64,000 nucleotides of DNA from an uncultured Gemmatimonadales bacterium (GTDB lineage Bacteria; Gemmatimonadota; Gemmatimonadetes; Gemmatimonadales; GWC2-71-9). Shown piece after piece: positions 19,640-29,264 of the stretch. The notes under the pieces were generated by a model. That model did not search any database and was not told the DNA's origin. It saw only the letters and a list, made by a program, of their open reading frames with translations. A program made the position numbers and the translations under genes. The first letter of the stretch is position 1. Each line of letters begins with the position of its first letter. The stretch lies in the NCBI GenBank assembly GCA_963730185.1, contig CAVSQW010000008.1:128001-192000 (forward strand). Reading direction: 5' to 3'.

Positions 19640-20990
19640 TCAGGGGAAAGGCCGGGGCCGCGGCGCCGGCCAGGGCCACGGATCCAGGCCCCGATGTCCC
19701 GCGATCCCCCGGATTGCCGCCTCACGCACCTTCGGATCTTTGGACTCGAGCAGCTCGGTGAGCCGGTCGGACCGCTCACCCGAGTGGATCAACGCCCGCA
19801 CTTCGGCCCGCCGGGCGTCCGAATCCTGCTCCCGCGCGAGCGCCGTCCGCAGGGCGGGGATCGCCGCCTCGTCGCCGATCTGGGAGAGCGCCCAGGCGGC
19901 GGTGAGCCGGAGATGGTCGTCGTCGGCCTTGCAGCGCGTCGATCAGCCCGCGAGGGGCTTCCTTGAGATCGAGCTGACCCAGGGCCCAGGCGGCCGTGGC
20001 CCGAACCGCCGGGCTCTGATCCGATTCGAGCAGCTGCCCGAGGCCGCCGGCCACGGAGCGATCGCCGTGCTGGCCGAGGGCCCAGACCGCGGTCTCGCGA
20101 ACGTCCTCGTCGCGATCGGTGCGGGCGGCGGTCAGGAGAGCGCTGCTCTCCCCCCGCGATCGCGAGTTGCCCAGCGCCCAGGCGCTCATCTCCCGGACGC
20201 CGGCGTCCTGGTCCTTCGCGAGCGTCTCCGCCAGATCGGGCACCGCCTCGGTCGTTCCCAGCTGGCCCAGGGCCCAGGCCGCGGTCCGGCGGACCGAGGC
20301 GACCGGGTCGTCGTGGAGGATCCGGACCAGCGCGGGGATCGCCCGGGTCGAGTCCAGATGGCCGAGCGCCCCGGCGGCGGCTTCCCGCACCAGGGGCGAC
20401 CGGTCGGCGAGCGCGCCGGTGACGGGTCGAAGGGCCCGGCCGTCACCGATCCTGCCTAACGCCCAGACCACGTTGGCCCGGGCCTCGACCGCGGCGTCGC
20501 GCACCGCCTCGATCAGCGCCTCCACCGCCCGTCTCGGCTCCGCCAGCCCGAGGCCAAGCGCGGCCACGCTCCGCAGAGACGAGTCGGGCGACGCCAACCG
20601 CTCGACCAGGCCGGTCGCCGCCTCGTCGTCGCCGGTTCGGGCCACCAGCCGCACCGCCAATTCGCGCGCGCAGGGATCGGGCGTTGCCAGCGACTGAAGC
20701 AGGAACCGCACTTCGTCGGGCGTGAGCGATTCGCGGCGGCCATGGCGGTCGCGCCCCGACGTCAACCGGGGGAGCGGCGTTGCCGGGGCATCGCCCCAGC
20801 CACCCCAACCGTAGTTGCCCACCGCCTGAGCGGCGAGGCCGCAAACGGCCGGCGGAGCGCCCCGGGCGGCGGCGATCAGGTCCCGGACGTCGACCGACGA
20901 GGCCGGAGCGGGGCTGGGGTTCGGCGCCGACGGCGTCTCGACCGCCAGCAGGGCGAGGGTGGTTACGGTGAATCCGATGAGGCGCAGCAT
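19640..20990 (-). CDS. Exported HEAT-repeat protein (frameshift near 19931)
   Basis: Signal peptide and repeated VRxxAAWALG units. Repeats resume in another frame (KADDDHLRLTAAWALSQIGD...) and end PWPWPAPRPRPFP* at 19640. Confidence 0.82.
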
Positions 20991-21014
20991 GAGGGCTCCC
21001 GGTTCGAAACGTTG

Positions 21015-21030
21015 TGCTGAAATTTCAACA
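21015..21030. promoter_or_regulatory. Putative BlaI-family operator TGCTGA-AATT-TCAACA
   Basis: Matches the two palindromes upstream of the blaI-like gene; lies ~25 nt upstream of the HEAT gene start. Confidence 0.65.
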
Positions 21031-21102
21031 TATCGAGATGGTCCGGTTCGGCGTCGCGCGACCCGAGCGGGCTACGCGACGTCGGGAGGACCGGTCAGCA
21101 AA

Positions 21103-23121
21103 TCAGGGAAACGGCCTGGGCTCCGGACGGGGCCACGGCCAGGGGCCCGTCCCGCCGCCGGCCAAGGCGGCCACCGCGGTCCGGCGGACCTCGGGGTTCG
21201 CCGAGGTCAAGAGGGTCTGGAGGGCCTCGATCGCCCCGTCGCCCATCGCGCCCAGGGCCCGGACCAGGCCCTGCTGCACGTCCGGGTCGGTCTCCCGCTT
21301 GAACGCGGTCGCGATCGCGGGGGCGGCGTCGGGGTCGCCGATCTGGTAGAGAGCCCAGGCGGCCGAGAGGCGCACGTTGGGGTTCGAATCCGCGAGGACC
21401 TCGACCAGCTCGGTCGGGGCCTGGTCCGGCTCGCACGACCCGATCGACCAGGCCGCCCTCGAGCGCACCTCGGCGTCGCCGTTGCCGAGCGCCGCGCGCA
21501 GGGCCACCACGGACGCCGGGTCACCGATCTCCCCGGCCGCCCAGACCGCGGTCCTCACCACCTCGGGGCTCCGGCTGTTGACGATGATCCCGGAGAGCGC
21601 GGTGGTGACGGCCGAGCCGGGCCGGGCGCCGGCGAGGGCCCAGACCGCCATCTCCCGGACCGCCAGGTCGCTGTCCTTGGTGGCGGCTTCGATCAAGGCG
21701 CCTTCGGCCACGGGGGCCTCGGCGTACCGGGCCAGTCCCCACGCGGCGACCCGTCGGACCTTGGCGTCGGCATCGCCGTGCAGGGTGCGGGCGAGCGCCT
21801 CGGCCCGGTCGTCCAGCGGCCGCGGGTTACCGGACCCGTCGGTGGCCGGCAGCGTCCGATCGGCCGGCTGGGAGGCGTGCTCGGGCTGGGCCGGCGGCTC
21901 CGCTGCCCGCCGGTCTATCCGAGGCGCCACCGGCGCCGCGACGGATTGCCGGGTGGCGACGTCGGCCGAGTCGTGGAAGGTGGCGGGGGCTTCCACGACC
22001 GGGTTGGGACGGGGCGACCCGGCGGTCTTCGACACCCGGGCCACGGGCGCGGCCGCGCCGAGGAGGAGGGCCAGCCCGGCCACCGAGCCGACCAGCGAGG
22101 CCGTCTCCAGTTTGCCGGGGCCGCGCCGGCGGAGCTCCGGATTCAAAATGGCGAGCATCCGTCCCTCGAATTCCTTTCGGTGGGCCATCGCGAGCGCGGT
22201 CGCCGGAGTCCGGTGATCGCGGACGCAGGTCACGATGTCCAGCAAGTGCTCGGCGTAGTCGCTGGGACGGGCGCCGAAGACCAGGGCGAGATCGTCGCAG
22301 GCCCGCTCGCTCTCCGAGCGGAGCCGGCGGGCGGCGGTCCAGACCAGCGGGTGGAACCAGTAGAAGGCGCAGGCAATCCGGCTCAAGGTGTGACCGACCA
22401 AGTCGCGGCGGCGGACGTGGCCCAGCTCATGGATCAGGACGGCGCTCCGCCGGTCGGCGCTCCAACCCTCGCTGTCGGCCGGCAGCACCACCTTGGGCGA
22501 GAAGAACCCGGCCGCGAAGGGCATCCGAACCTCGTCGCTCTGGAGCAGGGCGGGTGCGGTGTCGAGGCCGAGCCGGTCGGCGATCTCGTACAGCGGGGTC
22601 TGCCAGGCGGGCTCCTCGAGGCGTCGGGCCCGGCGGACGATCCGGCGGACCGACCACGCGCCGTACCCCAGCCGGCCGATCAAGGCGATCGCGATCAGCG
22701 CCCAACCCGCGAGCAGCAGGCGGCCGAGATCCCACGAAGCGGCCGGGCCGGCGGGGACGGCCGCCGCCGAACCGGTCCAGGCGGCGGCGGTCGGCTCCGC
22801 CGGGAGGTTCGTCCGCCCCTCGGCCGGCGCCGGCAGGCGGGAGCCGACCGACGCCTCGCTGGTAACCGCGACCAGCCGCTCCGGCAGGATCCCGAGCTTC
22901 AGCGGACTCCAGGCCGCGAGGGCCGGCAACGCCAGCAACGCGGTCAGGGCCACCAGCCAGACGAGGTGACGGGAGCCGGCCGGGGCCCGCTGCATGATCC
23001 GGGTCGCGGCCAGCGCCGCCACCAGGAGGAAGGTGATCTTGAGCAACAGGGCCAGCGCGGCCAGCGCGCCCGGGAAGGCGGTGAACACGGGCGCCAGCGG
23101 CTCGATGAGTGGGGTGAGCAT
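21103..23121 (-). CDS. BlaR1-like M56 metallopeptidase with C-terminal HEAT repeats
   Basis: HELGH zinc motif, FHPLVW, ERACDD and YAEHLL; TM helices; HEAT repeats. Confidence 0.92.
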   Translation of the reverse strand: MLTPLIEPLAPVFTAFPGALAALALLLKITFLLVAALAATRIMQRAPAGSRHLVWLVALTALLALPALAAWSPLKLGILPERLVAVTSEASVGSRLPAPAEGRTNLPAEPTAAAWTGSAAAVPAGPAASWDLGRLLLAGWALIAIALIGRLGYGAWSVRRIVRRARRLEEPAWQTPLYEIADRLGLDTAPALLQSDEVRMPFAAGFFSPKVVLPADSEGWSADRRSAVLIHELGHVRRRDLVGHTLSRIACAFYWFHPLVWTAARRLRSESERACDDLALVFGARPSDYAEHLLDIVTCVRDHRTPATALAMAHRKEFEGRMLAILNPELRRRGPGKLETASLVGSVAGLALLLGAAAPVARVSKTAGSPRPNPVVEAPATFHDSADVATRQSVAAPVAPRIDRRAAEPPAQPEHASQPADRTLPATDGSGNPRPLDDRAEALARTLHGDADAKVRRVAAWGLARYAEAPVAEGALIEAATKDSDLAVREMAVWALAGARPGSAVTTALSGIIVNSRSPEVVRTAVWAAGEIGDPASVVALRAALGNGDAEVRSRAAWSIGSCEPDQAPTELVEVLADSNPNVRLSAAWALYQIGDPDAAPAIATAFKRETDPDVQQGLVRALGAMGDGAIEALQTLLTSANPEVRRTAVAALAGGGTGPWPWPRPEPRPFP

Positions 23122-23130
23122 GTCGGCCTC

Positions 23131-23526
23131 CTAGCGTCCGCTGAGGCGGGCGTCGCGGATCTTCTCGCGGAGCCGCGCCAGCTCGGCGTTGTCGACGTCG
23201 ACCTCGGACAGGCGGAGCAGGGCGGTGACGGCCTGCTCCGTGGACCCGGCGAAGTAGGTCTGGACCACGTGGGCCAGCACGTCGTCGCCGGCCTTGTCGG
23301 TCGGCTTGGCCGGGAAGTAGACGTAGCGCGGGCCGTCCTCCTTGTGAGCGATCAGCTGCTTCTCGCCCAGGATCCGGAGGATCGATCGGACCGCTGAGTA
23401 GGTCGGCGGATCGGGGAGCGCCGTCATGATCTCGGCCACGGTCGACTCACCCTGGCGGTGGAGGATCTCCATCACCTGCCGCTCGCGGCGGCTCAGGTCC
23501 TCGGTGGGGGGGCGGCGTTTGGTCAT
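23131..23526 (-). CDS. BlaI/MecI/CopY family repressor
   Basis: LSRRERQVMEIL, TYSAVRSILRIL and YFAGS; directly upstream of the M56 gene. Confidence 0.92.
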   Translation of the reverse strand: MTKRRPPTEDLSRRERQVMEILHRQGESTVAEIMTALPDPPTYSAVRSILRILGEKQLIAHKEDGPRYVYFPAKPTDKAGDDVLAHVVQTYFAGSTEQAVTALLRLSEVDVDNAELARLREKIRDARLSGR

Positions 23527-23565
23527 GGCGCGGTTCCTGGCTCCCGATCCGGTGAATCCAGCATG

Positions 23566-23616
23566 TGCTGAAATGTCAGCACTGCTGATAATTCAACACC
23601 GGGCCGGGATTGTCAA
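23566..23616 (-). promoter_or_regulatory. blaI-like promoter with tandem operators
   Basis: TGCTGA-AATG-TCAGCA (23566-23581), TGCTGA-TAAT-TCAACA (23583-23598) and minus-strand TTGACA at 23611-23616. Confidence 0.72.
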
Positions 23617-23636
23617 GACCCCGTGGGCCCCGCGCC

Positions 23637-25184
23637 TCAGGCCAGGGAGTAGAAGAAGTCGACGTACGACTGCACCGCGCCGTCGAGCCCGGCGACCTTG
23701 GGGTGGGACGACTCGATCACGTAGTACTCGTCCGGGGCATGGGCGCCGCCCCCGTGCCCGAGGCCGAACTGGCCGGCCGGCAGGTGGAGCGGCGCCCCGG
23801 TGAAGGTCACCCCGGGCCAGGAGCCGGCCAGCCGGGGCCAGAGGAGCGGGTCGACCCCCGACTTCCGGTAGGTCGCGGCCATGGCGGCGACCAGCTTCGA
23901 GTCGGGATCGGTCTGGGTGGGGTCGTACCCGCCGGACATGTTCACCTCGATGTCGCCGAACCCGTGTTTGGCGAGATGGGCTCTCAGGAGCTCGAGGGTG
24001 CCCTTGGCGGTCATGTCGGGGACGAGCCGCATGTCGATCTTGGCGACCGCGCGGTGGGGCAGGATGGTCTTGCCGCCGGGGCCGGTGTAGCCGCCGACCA
24101 GGCCCTCGATGTTGATGGTGGGCTGGGTGACGAGCCGGACCTGGGAATCGTGCCAGGACTCGTCGCCAAACCAGCGCTCCACGCCTAACGCCTTCTGGGC
24201 GTTGGCTTCGCTCTTCTTGAGGATCGAGGCCTCGAGGATCTGCCGCTGGCGGGCGCTGAGCGGCTTGACCTGGTCGAAGAATCCCTCGACGGCGGGGGTG
24301 TGTCCGTCGGTTTTGACGAGGGTGTTCAGCGCCTGCACCAGGTGCCAGACCGGGCTGTCGATCGAGGCCTCGTAGCTCGAATGGACGTCGAGCTTGGGGC
24401 CGCGGCCCCACCGCTCCCCGGTGGACACCAGCTCCAGCTCCACCACGCCCTTGGCGCCGAGGTTGAGCTCGACCGAGCCGTCGGGCGACTGGGAGCCGAG
24501 GGGGATGATGATGCCGACCGACTTCCGGAGGGCGGCCTCGACCTCGGGCTGGAAGACGATCTGGCGGAAGTTGGGCGAGCCGATCTCCTCTTCGCCCTCC
24601 ACGACCATGACGAGGTTGACGGGGAGCTTCTTGCCGGCGGCCTTGAAGGCGTGCATGGCCGCCAGGAAGGCGGTCTGCGGTCCCTTGGTGTTGGTCGCGC
24701 CCCGCCCGACGATCACCTTGCCGAACCCGGGCTTGTCGACCAGCCGTCCCTCGAGCGGCGGCGAGCTCCACTCCGATGGATCGTACTGCTTCACGTCGTA
24801 CATGAAGTAGACGGCCAGCGTGCTCGCGGCGCCGGCATCGAGGGTGGCGAAGACGCCGGGCTTGCCGGCGGTGGGGACCAGGGCGACGTGGTCGAAGCCG
24901 GCGTCCCGCGCCAGCTGAGCCATGTACTCGGCCCCCTGGGGGTAGTTCCGGTTCTCGGCGGCGATCGACGGCAGCGCGATCCAGTCCTGGAGCCGCTTGA
25001 CCGTGAGGTCGTGCCGCTTGGCGATCTGGGCGACGACCGCGTCCCGGTCGGGGCCCTGGAGCGCGAAGGCGGCCCGATCACCGAGGGCGAGGGCGGCCGC
25101 TCCGGCGGCGGCGCCCTGGAGGAAGGTCCGCCGCTCGATCTCGCGCGCGGCGGGGACGTGCGGCTCGTTCGGGTCCGGCTTCAC
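23637..25184 (-). CDS. Tat-exported M20/M25/M40 metallo-hydrolase (peptidase)
   Basis: ERRTFLQG Tat signal; YFMYDV, GRGATNTKG, EGEEEIGS and AHAPDEY; GTG start after GGAGG. Confidence 0.88.
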   Translation of the reverse strand: MKPDPNEPHVPAAREIERRTFLQGAAAGAAALALGDRAAFALQGPDRDAVVAQIAKRHDLTVKRLQDWIALPSIAAENRNYPQGAEYMAQLARDAGFDHVALVPTAGKPGVFATLDAGAASTLAVYFMYDVKQYDPSEWSSPPLEGRLVDKPGFGKVIVGRGATNTKGPQTAFLAAMHAFKAAGKKLPVNLVMVVEGEEEIGSPNFRQIVFQPEVEAALRKSVGIIIPLGSQSPDGSVELNLGAKGVVELELVSTGERWGRGPKLDVHSSYEASIDSPVWHLVQALNTLVKTDGHTPAVEGFFDQVKPLSARQRQILEASILKKSEANAQKALGVERWFGDESWHDSQVRLVTQPTINIEGLVGGYTGPGGKTILPHRAVAKIDMRLVPDMTAKGTLELLRAHLAKHGFGDIEVNMSGGYDPTQTDPDSKLVAAMAATYRKSGVDPLLWPRLAGSWPGVTFTGAPLHLPAGQFGLGHGGGAHAPDEYYVIESSHPKVAGLDGAVQSYVDFFYSLA

Positions 25185-25285
25185 GGGCGCCTCCGAGGAC
25201 TCTGGGTTGTGGGTCTGAGCGCAGTCCCGGCTCGGGCTGCTCACCAAAGGTACGGCCCGGCACACCAGCCTGGAAGCAGGCGCGT

Positions 25286-25660
25286 CTACCGGCGATCGGC
25301 CGGCGGCGCGAGCATCTCCTCGAGGGCGGCGAGTCGGAGCTGGATCTCACCCAGCGTGGCGGTCCGCATCCGGAGGAAGATGCCGACCGTGCCGAGCGTC
25401 GCGACCAAGAGGGCGACGACGCCCAGGACGACGACCAGCGGCAGGGCCGCGCCGGCCACGCTCAGCCAGGGGGCCGCGCCCACCGCGGCCAATCGAACGG
25501 TGTCCGCCACCGACAGACCGACGACCAGGCCCAAGACCAGGACCAGCCCAAGGGTGATCGTCCAGGCGGTGACGGTGATTCGCCGGAGGGTCCGGTCCCG
25601 CCGCTTGTCCGCGTCGATGGCGGCCCACACCTTGGTGGCTCCTTCGTGATGCTGGGTCAT
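25286..25660 (-). CDS. Small two-TM membrane protein, putative anti-sigma partner
   Basis: Overlaps the ECF stop (ATGA); two hydrophobic segments. Confidence 0.7.
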   Translation of the reverse strand: MTQHHEGATKVWAAIDADKRRDRTLRRITVTAWTITLGLVLVLGLVVGLSVADTVRLAAVGAAPWLSVAGAALPLVVVLGVVALLVATLGTVGIFLRMRTATLGEIQLRLAALEEMLAPPADRR

Positions 25661-26208
25661 GAACGTTCTCCCGTGAGGATCTCGCGTAGGTGTTGCTTGG
25701 CGTGATGGATTCGGGTCTTGACGGTGCCGACCGGACGGCCGACGACCAGCGCGATCTCGGCGAGGCTCAGGTCGTCCCGGTAGCGGAGCAGCAGGACCTC
25801 GCGATGGATCGGGGCGAGTCGGGCGAGCATCGAGTCGAGCCGGTCCAGGTCGGCGGAATCGTCGTCCTGGTCGGCCTCGATCGGCAGCTCCACCGCGGCG
25901 TCCGCGAGCAGCTCCTGCTCTCGCCGGCGCCGGCGGAGCCGATCGATGGCTCGGCGCCGGGTGGTGCTGAAGAGCCAGGTGCGGAAGGCCCGGGGATTGG
26001 CCAGCGTCGCGACGGCCCGGTAGACCGTCAGCCACACCTCCTGCTGCACGTCCTCGGCGTCGTCGCCCACCAGGCCGGTCAGATAGCGGAGGGTGCGGGG
26101 CCCGAACGCCTCGAACAGCCGGCCGAACGCGGCCTCGTCGCCCGCCTGGCACCGGAGCACCAGCAGAGAGAGGCCGAGGTCGTTGGGCGGCGTGGCGCCG
26201 GGGGTCAT
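25657..26208 (-). CDS. ECF RNA polymerase sigma factor
   Basis: QAGDEAAF, AEDVQQEVW, FRTWLF and EIA...GTVKTRIHHA. Confidence 0.92.
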   Translation of the reverse strand: MTPGATPPNDLGLSLLVLRCQAGDEAAFGRLFEAFGPRTLRYLTGLVGDDAEDVQQEVWLTVYRAVATLANPRAFRTWLFSTTRRRAIDRLRRRRREQELLADAAVELPIEADQDDDSADLDRLDSMLARLAPIHREVLLLRYRDDLSLAEIALVVGRPVGTVKTRIHHAKQHLREILTGERS

Positions 26209-26250
26209 GGTGGCTCCGCATGCGATGTCCCGAGGTCGTACCGAGCTAGT

Positions 26251-26276
26251 GACGACCGGGCGGGCCGAAAGGTTCA
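26251..26276 (-). promoter_or_regulatory. ECF-type autoregulatory promoter TGAACC-N16-CGTC
   Basis: Canonical ECF -35 AAC / -10 CGT arrangement upstream of the ECF gene. Confidence 0.65.
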
Positions 26277-26352
26277 CGGCCCCGGCCCGTCGGCTGGCGC
26301 CCGCTCGCCCGACGGTCCATTATTCCGGGGCAATACCTCTCGCGAGTCGCCC

Positions 26353-28731
26353 CTGCCAGCAGACTGGTTGTCCTCCCTCGTCACCGCCCTCGCCGACCGG
26401 TTCACTTTCGTTCGTGAGCTGGGCCAGGGAGGCATGGCGACGGTGTACCTCGCGGAAGACAGGAAGCTCAATCGGCCAGTGGCCGTCAAGTTGCTGCGGC
26501 CCGAGATCGCCGCCGCGCTCGGGGCCCGCCGGTTCCTGCAGGAGATCGAGATCGCCGCCCGGCTCTCCCACCCGCACATCCTGCCGCTGCACGACTCCGG
26601 GGAAGCCGGCGGGACGCTCTACTACGTGATGCCGTACGTCGAAGGGGAGACTTTGCGCCAGCGGCTCGATCGTGAAGGGCCCTTGCCCATCGAGGTCGCC
26701 TTGGCGATCACCGGCGAAGTGGCGAGCGCCCTCGACTATGCCCATGGTCGCGGGGTCGTGCACCGGGACATCAAGCCGGAGAACATCCTGCTTCAGACCG
26801 GCCAGGCCGTGGTGGGCGACTTCGGGGTGGCCCGGGCCATCGACGCCGCGGCGACCGACACCGCCCGCGGGCCGGCGATCACGGACGCGGGCGTGATGGT
26901 CGGCACCCCGCTCTACATGAGTCCCGAGCAGATCACCGGCGACCCGGTCGACGCCCGCTCCGACGTCTACGCGCTCGGCTGCGTGCTCTACGAGATGCTC
27001 GCGGGCGAGCCTCCCTACACCGGCCCGACCGCCGCGGCGGTCCTGGCTCGCCACACGCTGGCGCCGGCCCCGCCGGTGCGCGCCGTCCGGCCGGAGGTGT
27101 CCGAGGGTCTCGAGCGGGCGGTGACCCGAGCCCTTGCCAAGACCCCGGCCGACCGGTTCGCCTCGGCGAGCGAGTTTCGAGCGGCGCTCACCGAGCCGGC
27201 CGCCCCGCGACGACGGGCCGGACCCTGGCGACTCGGGCGCCTGGCCGGGGTCGCGGTGGGCGTCGCGGCGGTGCTGGCCGCGGGGTGGGGAATCTGGCGA
27301 GCCGTTCGGCCCCCCGGCCCGGAGGTGCCGCCGTCGCTGGCGGTGCTGCCGTTCCTGAGCCTGAGCGCGAGTCCCGACGACCAATACCTGGCCGATGCGT
27401 TCACCGATGAGGTCATCAACGCACTGGCCAGGGTCCCGGGTGTCCGGGTGCTGGGGCGGACCTCGACCTTCGCCCTCCAGGGCACCCGCCTCGACAGCAA
27501 GACGCTCGGGGCGCGGCTCGGCGCCAAGATGCTGCTGGAGAGCTCGGTGCAACGGGCGGGGCCCGACCTCCGGGTGGCGACCCAGCTGGTCGACGCGGCC
27601 AGCGGCGTCGCGGTGTGGTCCGACACCTATCGCCGCCAGGCGAAGGACCTGATCGGGGTCGAGGACGAGATCTCTCGCGCGATCGTGGGAGCCCTGCGAG
27701 TCCGGCTGGCTGGCAACGAGGGACCGTTGGTCCAGCGGGGCACGGGCAGCGCCGAGGCCTACGACCTCTACCTCAAGGGCCGTTACTTCGTGAACCGGCG
27801 TGGCACCGGACGGGCCACTCTGGTTCGGGCCATCGATTTCTACCGGCAGGCGTTGCGGGTCGATTCGACCTACGCCCGGGCCTGGGCGGGTCTGGCCGAG
27901 GCCTACGGGTTCCTGGCCGGGTTCGGTGACACGCCGCCGGCCGACGCCTTCGGGCAGGCCAAGGCGGCCGCGGTCCGCGCCGCGGCCCTGGACAGCAATC
28001 TCGCGCTAGCCCACACCTCCCTCGGCTTCATCGCCATCTTCCACGACTGGGACTGGGACGCCGCCGGACGGGAGCTCGACCGGGCGATCGCGCTCGACTC
28101 GACCGAGCCCACGACCCACCTGTATCGAGCCTGGTACCTCCGGTGCCAGGGTCGCCTGGAGGAAGCCGTGGCCGAGATGCGGACGGCCCAGCGCCTCGAT
28201 CCCCTGAACCGGATCTTCAACGCCCGGGTCGGGACCCTGCTCGAGACGGTGGGGCGATATCGGGAGGCCGAAGCCGAGCTCCGGCAGGCCATCGATCTCG
28301 ACCCCGACAACGACCAGGCGAAGTCCGACCTGGTCGTCACCTTGGTCCTGGAGGGGCGCTACCAAGAGGCCATCGACGCCTCGCCGGCCGACACGACCGA
28401 CGCCATTCCCTTCACCCTGAGCGGCGGCCTGGGGTACGCGTATGCCAGGGCCGGTCGGCGCGAGGATGCGCTTCGGATCCTGCACCGGCTGGAACGCCGC
28501 CGGGCCCGGGAACGCTACATCACGCCCGAAGCCATCGCGATGATCGACGTCGGCCTGGGAGACACCGCCCAGGCGCTCGACTGGCTCGAACAGGGATATC
28601 GCGAGCGATCGTTCTATCTCTGGGTGATCGGGGCCGACCCCGTCTTCTATCCGCTCCGGAGCGATCCGCGCTTTCAGAAGATCGTCGCCGAGGTCGGGAT
28701 TGCGCTGTCCCCGATCTTCCGCCCCACCTGA
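26353..28731 (+). CDS. Hanks-type Ser/Thr kinase with TM, TolB-like and TPR domains
   Basis: GQGGMATVY, VAVK, HRDIKPEN, DFG and GTPLYMSPE; LAVLPF; TPRs. The first ATG falls inside the G-loop, so the start is non-ATG (CTG 26353 or TTG 26368). Confidence 0.9.
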   Translation: MPADWLSSLVTALADRFTFVRELGQGGMATVYLAEDRKLNRPVAVKLLRPEIAAALGARRFLQEIEIAARLSHPHILPLHDSGEAGGTLYYVMPYVEGETLRQRLDREGPLPIEVALAITGEVASALDYAHGRGVVHRDIKPENILLQTGQAVVGDFGVARAIDAAATDTARGPAITDAGVMVGTPLYMSPEQITGDPVDARSDVYALGCVLYEMLAGEPPYTGPTAAAVLARHTLAPAPPVRAVRPEVSEGLERAVTRALAKTPADRFASASEFRAALTEPAAPRRRAGPWRLGRLAGVAVGVAAVLAAGWGIWRAVRPPGPEVPPSLAVLPFLSLSASPDDQYLADAFTDEVINALARVPGVRVLGRTSTFALQGTRLDSKTLGARLGAKMLLESSVQRAGPDLRVATQLVDAASGVAVWSDTYRRQAKDLIGVEDEISRAIVGALRVRLAGNEGPLVQRGTGSAEAYDLYLKGRYFVNRRGTGRATLVRAIDFYRQALRVDSTYARAWAGLAEAYGFLAGFGDTPPADAFGQAKAAAVRAAALDSNLALAHTSLGFIAIFHDWDWDAAGRELDRAIALDSTEPTTHLYRAWYLRCQGRLEEAVAEMRTAQRLDPLNRIFNARVGTLLETVGRYREAEAELRQAIDLDPDNDQAKSDLVVTLVLEGRYQEAIDASPADTTDAIPFTLSGGLGYAYARAGRREDALRILHRLERRRARERYITPEAIAMIDVGLGDTAQALDWLEQGYRERSFYLWVIGADPVFYPLRSDPRFQKIVAEVGIALSPIFRPT

Positions 28732-28741
28732 GCGGTCGAGC

Positions 28742-29242
28742 CTACCGAAACACCAATCCGACGTGCAGGCCGTACATTCCGGCGGGGTCCCGGTAGAGGG
28801 CGACGGTCTCGAGCAGGGTCGCCGTGACCTGGAGCGTGGCGCTCGGGGAGAGCGGCTTCTCGAAGCCCAGGACCGGGCCGCCCAGGAGGCCGATGAACGG
28901 ATCGTCGCCGCCCCGGTCGCCGCCGCCGAAGACGCCGGCCCGGAGCCCCGCGAGCGGACGGAGCGCGGGAGTGTTCCAGACCCTCTTGGCCTCGAGATAG
29001 AGCGATCCGTGGTTGGGGATCCCGGGGTAGGTCACGTAGCGGAAGCCGACACCCAGACCGAATCCGCCCCGGGAACGCCACTCGGGCTGGACCTCGAACC
29101 CGATCCCGACCGGTCTCCTTGGCGCCACCTCGGCCAGCGACGAGACCAGGCCGGCGCCGAACGTGACCCGGAACCCGGCCGGCTTGCCCTGGGCGTGGAC
29201 CGACCCGGCGACGCCGAACGCCAGGGTCGCCGCCAGCGCCAC
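28742..29242 (-). CDS. Hypothetical small outer-membrane beta-barrel-like protein
   Basis: Signal peptide, alternating beta-strand pattern, ends LHVGLVFR. Confidence 0.6.
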   Translation of the reverse strand: MALAATLAFGVAGSVHAQGKPAGFRVTFGAGLVSSLAEVAPRRPVGIGFEVQPEWRSRGGFGLGVGFRYVTYPGIPNHGSLYLEAKRVWNTPALRPLAGLRAGVFGGGDRGGDDPFIGLLGGPVLGFEKPLSPSATLQVTATLLETVALYRDPAGMYGLHVGLVFR

Positions 29243-29264
29243 CCGCGGAAGATCGTCCTCAATA

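Noticed and set aside
21103..23526. Beta-lactam resistance (bla/mec) locus
   Set aside because: No penicillin-binding sensor domain and no adjacent beta-lactamase or PBP.
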